The notes beneath the pieces were generated by a model. It was given only the letters and a program-made list of their open reading frames with translations. It was not told the DNA's origin and made no database searches. From Eledone cirrhosa (Eukaryota), in assembly GCA_964016885.1 (NCBI GenBank), contig OZ024744.1, forward strand, positions 113,646,001 through 113,710,000: a DNA stretch of 64,000 nt. Direction: 5' to 3'. Below, one piece after another: positions 14,319-24,400 of the stretch (positions are counted from its first letter, which is position 1; each line of letters starts with the position of its first letter). The translations under genes and the position numbers were made by a program.

Positions 14319-15216
14319 GAAAGTACAGTAGCTAGAGTCAGAACTGGGTGGAAAAAGTTCAGAGAGCTTATACCACTATTAGCCGCTAAAGGGTTCTCCC
14401 TAAAAATGAAAGGCAGGTTGTACGATGCCTGCATACGAACAGCAATGTTGCACGGCAGTGAGACCTGGGCATTGTGTGCAGAAGATATACGCAGACTAGA
14501 GAGGAACGAAGCTTGCATGCTCTGCTGGATGTGTAATAGTAATATACGTGAACGACAAAGCATAAACGAACTAAGGAAAAAATTAGAAATAAGAGGGATC
14601 AGATGTTGTCTACTCGAGAGAAGGCTACGTTGGTATGGTCACGTAATGCGCATGAAGGACGATAGCTGTATAACAAAGTGCAGGGCAATAAAGATAGACG
14701 GTAGCCACGGAATAGGCAGGCCCAGAAAAACCTGGGACGAGCTGATAAACTCCGACCTCACACACTTACACCTCACCAAGACAATGTCACTGGACCGAGA
14801 CCTTTGGCAGTACTCAGTAATAGAGAAGACCCGCCTTACCTAAATACATAGTAAAACCTACTACAGCCAGTAGGCATCTCTAACAAAATACACCCACGTC
14901 CCACCACCCACACCCCATCCACACCACCCCCTCCTATGTAAAGTTATGTTGGTGCCACAACATCCAGGCCGAAACAAATGAGATCGTGTAGGTGTCACGA
15001 AAAAAAAACACACTGTCCACGCTGTAATGTGGCCGTGTAGGCAACACGGTAAAAACCTCCCAGTCCCACACTGTAAATGTGGTTGGTGTTAGGAAGGGCA
15101 TCCAACTGTAGAAAACCTGCGAGCAAGACAAACACTCTTGCCTCAAGTGGGAATACCCCCGTCCAAACCCATGCAAGCGTGGAACACGGACGTTAAACGT
15201 TGATGATGATGATGAT
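14316..15216 (+). mobile_element. 5'-truncated RTE-clade LINE (ORF C-terminus + 3'UTR + (GAT)n tail) inserted in the 72-bp array
   Basis: Translates SESTVARVRTGWKKFREL...KGRLYDACIRTAMLHGSETW...RRLRWYGHVMRM...GRPRKTWDE...DRDLW, with stop at 14843. Ends GGACGTTAAACGT(TGA)5. Confidence 0.92.
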
Positions 15217-15865
15217 ACTATTGTATTTTCACAGTAAAGGCTTTACCTCACATGACATTTACATTACTCTATATTTACTATTGTATTTTCACAGTAAAGG
15301 CTTTACCTCACATAATATCTTACATAACATTTACATTACTCTATATATACTATTGTATTTTCACAGTAAAGGCTTTACATCACATCATATCTCACATAAC
15401 ATTTACATTACTCTATATATACTATTGTATTTTCACAGTAAAAGCTTTACTTCACACAATATCTCACATAACATTTACATTACTCTGTATATAATATTGT
15501 ATTTTCACAGTAAAGGCTTTACCTCACATAATATCTCACATAACATTTACATTACTCTATATATACTATTGTATTTTCACAGTAAAGGCTTTATCTCACA
15601 TAACATTTACATTACTTTGTATTTACTATTGTATTTTCACAGTAAAGCCTTTACCTCACACAATATCTCACATAACATTTACATTACTCTGTATATACTA
15701 TTGTATTTTCACAGTAAAGGCTTTATCTCACATAACATTTACATTACTCTGTATTTACTATTGTATTTTCACAGTAAAGGCTTTACCTCACATAATATCT
15801 CACATAACATTTACATTACTCTACATATACTATTGTATTTTCACAGTAAAAGCTTTTACTTCACA
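15217..15865. repeat. 72/60-bp minisatellite, right block (about 9-10 units)
   Basis: Same unit as 10850-14318, resuming in register after the RTE tail. Confidence 0.96.
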
Positions 15866-16016
15866 TATCGAATCTATGAGATTTTGATATTATTTATATT
15901 GAGAACAATAGCTTAACATAAGTATGAGTGGCCAGTTACAGCCTGTTTGAACAGAGGTGAGAGAATTCTGATCGGATACACTCCGTTTAAATGCTAAAGG
16001 GTTAAAGTGTGTGTGT

Positions 16017-16518
16017 ATGGTCGGGTCGTCGGCGACTAAACTGGCAACCCCACCAAGTTTACTTGGTGAGGAGGGCGATTTTGGATATCCTGCACAACAA
16101 AAAAACAAAACCTGACAAAGGGCGGAAGAACTCATAAGAGTTAACGGCCATCTGAAAGTGTGTAAATATGTATATAGACATGTACCGCACGGTTAAACCA
16201 CTGGGAGTGAAGGACCCCTAGCCTTTGTCAGGGCATTCTTCTAGGAGAAGGCAACTCAGGAAACTGGGATAACTCTGATATAAAACCAGCGGCTCAGTAG
16301 TTACCGATGATGTTGATCTTTTCTTCTTTTCGGGTTATAGCTGCAGTCGCTCAGAGAGTGGGATTGGCTCAGTGCACAGTCTTTCCTCACTTTAAAAAAT
16401 ATCTTCACGCACAGGCATTGCACGATAGAGTTAATTAATAATTATTAATAATGGTATATCGTGCAATGACCATATTCGATAACAAGGGGGCAGCCATCAT
16501 CATATATATATATATATA
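16017..16518 (+). mobile_element. Bipartite non-autonomous RTE-derived retroposon (RTE-type 5'UTR fused to an RTE-type 3' end with (TA)n tail)
   Basis: Contains TTCTAGGAGAAGGCAACTC...CTCTGATATAAAACC, which resembles RTE 5'UTR motifs (recall). Its 3' end GACCATATTCGATAACAAGGGGGCAGCCATCATCATATATA aligns with the minus-strand tail at 5040-5075, GGCCGTACTCGAAAACGAGTTGGCAGCCACCATATA. No RT coding sequence is present. Confidence 0.6.
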
Positions 16519-16600
16519 ATAAAAGTAAACAGAAAAACACAACAGACAATGAAGTACAATGAAGATATGTATTAGTTTCACACTTAATAAAGCAGAAAAA

Positions 16601-16638
16601 GTCTTGATGTTTCAGACTCTGGTCCTTCATCAGAAAAT
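16601..16638 (-). ncRNA. Decayed minimal type I hammerhead ribozyme motif (Penelope-like element remnant)
   Basis: Minus strand TTTT-CTGATGA-A-GGAC-CAGA-GTCT-GAAAC-ATC-AAGA: both core boxes and a 4-bp stem II are present; the usual GTC triplet appears as ATC. Confidence 0.55.
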
Positions 16639-17009
16639 AGAATGAGAAATTAAAGAAAAAAATAGAAAGATATCAGAGAGGGAGCAGAAGCAAAATGAAA
16701 AAAAAAAATTCTTTGAGGAAAAGCATGTCTGTTCATTTCACCATCTTTTGGAAAACTGTTGTTGGGAGCGTTGCATGAGAATGTTGGAATCATTAAAGAA
16801 TGAGCCTTCAATAAGTGAACAAAGAGGTATGTATGTATGGTCCCGTAACTCCTGCTAGAGTTGCAGGGGGCACTGTATTGGCATGCAGTGTTTCTTGGGA
16901 ATTTTTAAGCTTGGTGGAGCCCATCTCCTCTCCAGGTCTGAATACAGTAGATTTCTTCCAGAGAGTGATAAAAAGTGAGAGAATGGAAATGAGAAAGAGA
17001 TATAGAGGA

Positions 17010-17172
17010 AGAATATCGACCCCCAGTACTCTACTGGTACATTTTTATCCACCTCGGAAAGATGAAAGGCAAAGTTGACCGTGGCAGAACTTGAACTCAG
17101 AGAGCAGAGAGTCAGAACAAATATGATAAAGTATTCTATCCGATGTTCTAATGATTCTGCCAATTCACCGCC
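17010..17172 (-). mobile_element. tRNA-derived SINE (5' part), cephalopod-like
   Basis: Minus strand GGCGGTGAATTGGCAGAATCATTAG (A box)...GAGTTCAAGTTCTGCC (B box)...GGTCAACTTTGCCTTTCATC...GTACCAGTAGAGTACTGGGGGTCGAT. Matches my recollection of octopus SINE consensus sequences. Confidence 0.8.
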
Positions 17173-17179
17173 TATAAAG

Positions 17180-17640
17180 GTATATATACTATATTATAGA
17201 AAACACATCGCAAACTGGGATATACCTTCCCCGGACCAAGCTGATGTTGCTTTGTTTGTCGGCCACTTTCCAATTGGCAAACTGGGATATACTTTCCCCG
17301 GACCAAGCTGATGTTGCTTTGTTTGTCGGCCACTTTCCAATTGGCAAACTGGGATATACCTTCCCCGGACCAAGCTGATGTTGCTTTGTTTGTCGGCCAC
17401 TTTCCAATTGGCAAACTGGGATATACCTTCCCCGGACCAAGCTGATGTTGCTTTGTTTGTCGGCCACTTTCCAATTGGCAAACTGGGATATACCTTCCCC
17501 GGACCAAGCTGATGTTGCTTTGTTTGTCGGCCACTTTCCAATTGGCAAACTGAGATATACCTTCCTAGGAACCTCGAGAAGCTAGGAAGGTATATCTCAG
17601 TTTACCATTACTATGTATTTTATAAAGTATAATATATATG
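17180..17640. mobile_element. Fold-back/MITE-like element carrying an internal tandem array
   Basis: The left flank plus first unit (…TTATAGAAAACACATCGCAAACTGGGATATACCTTCC) is an imperfect inverted copy of the right end (GGAAGGTATATCTCAGTTTACC…ATGTATTTTATAA). A perfect 22-bp inverted repeat lies at 17547-17568 / 17582-17603. Confidence 0.55.
17211..17565. repeat. 67-bp tandem repeat, 5 near-identical copies + a partial sixth
   Basis: Unit CAAACTGGGATATACCTTCCCCGGACCAAGCTGATGTTGCTTTGTTTGTCGGCCACTTTCCAATTGG starting at 17211, 17278, 17345, 17412 and 17479. Confidence 0.97.
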
Positions 17641-18265
17641 TTTTCCTCTCTCTCTTATTTTAGATTTTGTTATTGACTGATCACCTTCTCTGTTGCAAAA
17701 TTGTAAAAAAAAAGAAATAGTTGTCATCTCTTGTGTAAGCATACATCCTTTGAATTATAAAAATATTTTACACATTTTGAAGGTTCCAGATATTATGGCC
17801 ATTTGTAGATTATGAATTAAGGAGCAACAGTCTTTCTCCATAAATCCAAGTTCAGTTAAACTGGTTCATAATTCCATAATTTCTGTAATCATTATCAAAC
17901 TTACAATGCACTAAATTATGATGGCTTTCACCTACCTCCCTATCTATATTTCTAAATGTCAATCATTCTATCTACATTAGGACTGCTAGTGGGACTTGTG
18001 CTTTGTTGTTGCTATTGTTGTTCTTGTCCAAACATAGATATAGTGGTAAATATACATAAATAGATAACTACAGGTTTTTTCCATCCCTACCTTTCTCAAC
18101 CCCTCCTGATTCTCCCCTACCTCTGTCTCCCCATTCCTCTCGATCATATCTTTCTTTTTATTCTTACTCATATTTTATACCTCCCCTACCTCACCCCTAA
18201 AAGCAAGGCTCTCCGCACATGCCTTCTTCCAGCACTTCCCTATTCTGTCTGCCATTCAATATTCA

Positions 18266-18307
18266 GTCTTGCCTGATGACCTTGTCAGTGGCCCAAACTT
18301 ACAAGAC
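18266..18307 (+). ncRNA. Degenerate hammerhead-like motif (probable Penelope-like remnant)
   Basis: GTCTTG-C-CTGATGA-CC..GG-CC-CAAAC-TTA-CAAGAC: 6-bp stem I and CTGATGA are intact, GAAAC appears as CAAAC. Preceded by a pyrimidine-rich tract. Confidence 0.35.
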
Positions 18308-18423
18308 CATCTTAAAATATAATAACCTTTCTTACCATTAAAATGATTATTATATTTTTAAATGGTCTGGTGACTTATGGGGACAACCACAGTTAAAAAG
18401 GTACTCAATACATTAATAGAGTG

Positions 18424-18621
18424 TAACAACAACAGTAACAACAACAACAGTAACAGCAATAACAACAGTAACAACAATAACAGTAACAAAAACAAAAACA
18501 ACAGAAACAACAATAACAACAACAATAACAACAATAACAATAGTAACAAAAACAAAACTAACAACAACAGTAACAACAACAACAACAACAACAGTAACAA
18601 CAACAACAGTGCCAACTACAA
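18424..18621. repeat. Degenerate (AAC)n microsatellite
   Basis: Direct reading; AAC interrupted by AGT, AAT and AAA triplets. Confidence 0.95.
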
Positions 18622-18789
18622 TAGGAGAAACACATGGAATATGTTTTTGTATCAGAAGAGTATGTGACAAACTGTATTTAACCTACATAGAGGAATGACA
18701 TTGAATATAGAGCTGACGTTTTGAGTAGATAGGTTGCCATAGAAAGAGAGTGGTGGGAGGAGAAGAGAGAGTGGTGGTTGGGAGTTTGG

Positions 18790-21477
18790 GTAGTGCCTCA
18801 GTATGGCCACAGTCTAATGACAAAAATGTAGTGAGGTTGATATGGTAGACTATATCAAGGTAGTGCCCCAGTATGGCCACAGTCTAATGACTTACACCAG
18901 TAAAACAGTAGTGAGATTGATATGGTAGACTATATCAAGGTAGTGCCCCAGTATGGCCATACTCTAATGACTAACACCAGTAAAACAGTAGTGAGGATAA
19001 TATGGTAGACTATATCAAGGTAGTACCCCAGTATGGCCACAGTCTAATGACTGACACCAGTAAAACAGTAGTGAGGTTGATATGGTAGACTATATCAAGG
19101 TAGTACCCCAGTATGGCCACAGTCTAATGACTGACACCAGTAAAACAGTAGTGAGGTTGATATGATAGACTATATCAAGGTAAAGCCCCAGTATGGCCAC
19201 AGTCTAATGACTTACACCAGTAAAACAGTAGTGAGGTTGATATGGTAGACTATATCAAGGTAGTGCCCCAGTATGGCCATACTCTAATGACTAACACCAG
19301 TAAAACAGTAGTGAGGTTGATATGGTAGACTATATCAAGGTAGTACCCCAGTATGGCCACAGTCTAATGACTGACACCAGTAAAACAGTAGTGAGGTTGA
19401 TATGGTAGACTATATCAAGGTATTGCCCCAGCATGGCCACAGTCCAATGACTGACACCAGTAAAACAGTACTGAGGTTGATATGGTAGACTATATCAAGG
19501 TAGTGCCCCAGTATGGCCACAGTCTAATGACTGACACCAGTAAAACAGTAGTGAAGTTGATATGGTAGACTATATCAAGGTAGTGCCCCAGTATGGCCAC
19601 AGTCTAATGACTGACACCAGTAAAACAGTACTGAGGTTGATATGGTAGACTATATCAAGGTAGTGCCCCAGTATGGCCACAGTCTAATGACTGACACCAG
19701 TAAAACAGTACTGAGGTTGATATGGTAGACTATATCAAGGTAATGCCCCAGTATGGTCACAGTCTAATGACTGACACCAGTAAAATAGTAGTGAGGTTGA
19801 TATGGTAAACTATATCAAGGTAGTGCCCCAGTATGGCCACAGTCTAATGACTGACACCAGTAAAACAGTACTGATAGATTATATCAAGGTAGTGCCTCAG
19901 TATGGCCACAGTGTAGTGACGGACACATGCAAAACAGTACTGAGGTTGATATGGTAGAGTATATCAAGGTAGTACTACAATATGGTCACAGTCTAATGAC
20001 TGACACCAGTAAAACAGTACTGATAGATTATATCAAGGTAGTGCCTCAGTATGGCCACAGTGTAGTGACGGACACATGTAAAACAGTACTGAGGTTGATA
20101 TGGTAGAGTATATCAAGGTAGTACTACAGTATGGCCACAGTCTAATGACTGACACCAGTAAAAATAGTAGTGAGGTTGACATGGTAGACTATATCAAGGT
20201 AGTGCCCCAGAATGGCCACAGTCTAATGACTGACACCAGTAAAACAGTACTGAGGTTGATATGGTAGACTATATCAAGGTAGTGCCCCAGTATGGCCACA
20301 GACTAATGACTGACACCAGTAAAACAGTACTGAGGTTGATATCGTAGACAATATCAAGGTAGAGCCCCAGTATGGCCACAGTCTAATGACTGACACCAGT
20401 AAAACAGTACTGAGGTTGATATGGTAGACTATATCAAGGCAGTGCCCCAGTATGGCCACAGTCTAATGACTGACACCAGTAAAACAGTAGTGAGATTGAT
20501 ATGGTAGACTATATCAAAGCAGTGCCCCAGTATGGCCACAGTCTAGTGACTGACACCAGTAAAACAGTACTGAGGTTGATATAGTAGACTATATCAAGGT
20601 AGTGCCCCAGTATGGCCACAGTCTAATGAGTGACGCCAATAACACAATACTGAGCTTGATATGGTAGACTATATCAAGGTAGTGCCCCAGTATGGCCACA
20701 GTCTAATGACTGACACCAGTAAAACAGTACTGAGCTTGATATGGTAGGCTATATCAAGGTAGTGACCCAGTATGTCCACAGACTAATGACTGACACCAGT
20801 AAAACAGTACTGAGGTTGATATCGTAGACAATATCAAGGTAGAGCCCCAGTATGGCCACAGTCTAATGACTGACACCAGTAAAACAGTACTGAGGTTGAT
20901 ATGGTAGAATATATCAAGGTAGTGCCTCAGTATGGCCACAGTCTAATGACTGAAAGCAGTAAAACAGTAGTGAGGATGATATGGTAGACTATAAAAGGGT
21001 TGTGCCCCAGTATGGCCACAGTCTAATGACTGAAAGCAGTAAAACAGTATTGAGGTTGATATGGTAGACTATATCAAGGTAATGCCCGGGTATGGACACA
21101 GACTAATGACTGACACCAGTAAAGTAGTAGTGAGGTTGATATGGTAGACTATATCAAGGTAGTGCCCCAGTATGGCCACAGTCTAATGACTGACACCAGT
21201 AAAACAGTACTGAGGTTCATATGGTAGACTATATCAAGGCAGTGCCCCAGTATGGCCACAGTCTAATGACTAAAAGCAGTAAAACAGTACTGAGGTTGAT
21301 ATAGTAGACTATATCAAGGTAGTGCCCCAGTATTGCCACAGTCTAATGACTGACACCAGTAAAACAGTACTGAGGTTGATATGGTAGACTATATCAAGGT
21401 AGTTCTCCAGTATGGTCACAGTCTAATGACTGCCACCAGTAAAACAGTACTGAGGTTGATATGGTAGATTATATCAA
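18790..21477 (+). repeat. 80-bp minisatellite (about 33 units), SINE 3'-end derived
   Basis: Unit GTAGTGCCCCAGTATGGCCACAGTCTAATGACTGACACCAGTAAAACAGTA(G/C)TGAGGTTGATATGGTAGACTATATCAAG. Confidence 0.96.
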
Positions 21478-24400
21478 CAGTAAAAACATTGTCATCACCA
21501 TCAACAGTAGTAACACTGTCATCACCATCAACAGTAACAACACTGTCATCACCATCAACAGTAGTAACATTGCCATCACCATCAACAGTAACAACACTGT
21601 CATCACCATCAACAGTAACAACATTGTCATCACCATCAACAGTAACAACATTGACATCACCATCAACATTAACAACATTGTCATCACCATCAACAGTAGT
21701 AACATTGTCATCACCATCAACAGTAGTAACATTGTCATCACCATCAACAGTAGTAACATTGTCATCACATTCAACAGTAGTAACATTGTCATCACCATCA
21801 ACAGTAGTAACACTGTCATCACCATCAACAGTAACATTGTCATCACCATCAACAGTAATAACATTGTCATCACCATCAACAGTAGTAACATTGTCATCAC
21901 CATCAACAGTAGTAACATTGTCATAACCATCAACAGTAGTAACATTGTCATCACCATCAACAGTAGTAACATTGTCATCACCATCAACAGTAGTAACACT
22001 GTCATCACCATCAACAGTAACAACATTGTCATCACCATCAACAGTAATAACATTGTCATCACCATCAACAGTAGTAACATTGTCAGCACCATCAACAGTA
22101 GTAACATTGTCATCACCATCAACAGTAGTAACATTATCACCATCAACAGTAGTAACAAGGTCATCACCATCAACAGTAACAACATTATCATCACCATCAA
22201 CAGTAATAACATTGTCATCACCATCAACAGTAGTAACATTGTCATCACCATCAACAGTAGTAACATTGTCATCACCATCAACAGTAGTAACACTGTCATC
22301 ACCATCAACAGTAACAACATTGTCATCACCATCAACAGTAATAACATTGTCATCACCATCAACAGTAGTAACATTGTCATCACCATCAACAGTAGTAACA
22401 TTTTCATCACCATCAACAGTAGTAACACTGTCATCACCATCAACAGTAACAACATTGTCATCACCATCAACAGTAACAACACTGTCATAACCATCAACAG
22501 TAGTAACATTGGCATCACCATCAACAGTAACAACATTGTCATCACCATCAACAGTAACAACATTGTCATCACCATCAACAGTAGTAACATTGTCATCACC
22601 ATCAACAGTAACAACATTGTCATCAACATCAACAGTAGTAACACTCATCACCATCAACAGTAACAACATTGTCATCACCACTAACAGTAATAACATTGTC
22701 ATCACCATCAACAGTAGTAACATTATCATCACCATCAACAGTAACAACATTGTCATCACCATCAACAGTAACAACACTGTCATCACCATCAACAGTAGTA
22801 ACATTGTCATCACCATCAACAGTAGTAACATTGTCATCACCATCAACAGTAGTAACATTGTCATCACCATCAACAGTGGTAACATTGTCATCACCATCAA
22901 CAGTAGTAACATTGTCATCACCATCAACAGTAGTAACATTGTCATCACCATCAACAGTAGTACCATTGTCATCACCATCAACAGTAACAACATTGTCATC
23001 ACATTCAACAGTAGTACCATTGTCATCACCATCAACAGTAACAACATTGTCATCACCATCAACAGTAACAACATTGTCATCACCATCAACAGTAACAACA
23101 TTGTCATCACCATCAACAGTAACAACATTGTCATCACCATCAACAGTAGTAACTCTGTCATCACCATCAACAGTAGTAACTCAGTCATCACCATCAACAG
23201 TAACAACATTGTCATCACCATCAACAGTAGTAACATTGTCATCACCATCAACAGTAACAACATTGTCATCACCATCAACAGTAGTAACATTGTCATCACC
23301 ATCAACAGTAGTAACATTGTCATCACCATCAACAGTAGTAACATTGTCATCACCATCAACAGTAGTAACTCTGTCATCACCATCAACAGTCGTAACTCTG
23401 TCATCACCATCAACAGTAGTAACTCTGTCATCACCATCAACAGTAACAACATTGTCATCACAATCAACAGTAATAACATTGTCATCACCATCAACAGTAG
23501 TAACATTGTCATCACCATCAACAGCAACAACATTGTCATCACCATCAACAGTAATAACATTGCCATCACCATCAACATTAGTAAAAATGTCATCACCATC
23601 AACAGTAACAACATTGTCATCACCATCAACAGTAACAACATTGTCATCACCATCAACAGTAGTAACATTGTCAGCAGCATCAACAGTAACAACATTGTCA
23701 TCACCATCAACAGTAGTAACATTGTCATCACCATCAACAGTAACAACATTGTCATCACCATCAACAGTAACAACATTGTCATCACCATCAACAGTAACAA
23801 CATTGTCATCACCATCAACAGTAGTAACGCTGCCATCACCATCAACAGTAGTAACATTGTCATCACCATCAACAGAAACAACATTGTCATCACCATCAAC
23901 AGTAACAACACTGTCATCACCATCAACAGTAACAACACTGTCATCACCATCAACAGTAACAACACTGTCATCACCATCAACAGAAACAACATTGTCATCA
24001 CCATCAACAGTAACAACATTGTCATCACCATCAACAGTAACAACATTGTCATCACCATCAACAGTAACAACATTGTCATCACCATCAACAGTAACAACAT
24101 TGTCATCACCATCAACAGTAGTAACATTGTCATCACCATCAACAGTAGTAACATTGTCATTACAATCAACAGTAGTAACACTGTCATCACCATCAACAGT
24201 AACAACACTGTCATCACCATCAACAGTAACAACACTGTCATCACCATCAACAGCAACAACATTGTCATCACCATCAACAGTAGTAACATTGTCATCACCA
24301 TCAACAGTAGTAACACTGTCATCACCATCAACAGTAGTAACATTGTCATCACCATCAACACTAGTAACATTGTCATCACCATCAACAGTAACAACATTGT

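Larger units (their letters stand above)
10825..16005. mobile_element. Putative TTAA-flanked (piggyBac-like) MITE expanded to about 5.2 kb by an internal minisatellite and a nested RTE insertion
   Basis: Right end TTTAAATGCTAAAGGG-TTAA (reverse complement TTAA-CCCTTTAGCATTTA). Left end TTAA-AACCTTTAACCATTTA is a degenerate match. Region 15870-16005 resembles, from recall, an abundant octopus TTAACCCTTTAGCATT... element. Confidence 0.55.

Noticed and set aside
11066-15916. YFHSKVFTSHNISHNIYITL repeat ORFs and splice-like motifs (TTTTCACAG, minus-strand GAGGTAAAG) in each unit
   Set aside because: By-product of 72/60-bp units being multiples of 3. Frames shift repeatedly and no exon evidence is visible.
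17080-17172. tRNA gene
   Set aside because: A and B boxes are present but there is no cloverleaf, and it continues into SINE body sequence; called as a SINE instead.
18358-18670. Poly-Asn, poly-Leu and poly-Val ORFs
   Set aside because: Translations of the (AAC)n microsatellite.
17211-21477. 67-bp and 80-bp arrays as CRISPR-like repeat-spacer arrays
   Set aside because: Units are contiguous with no unique spacers, there are no cas genes, and the context is eukaryotic.
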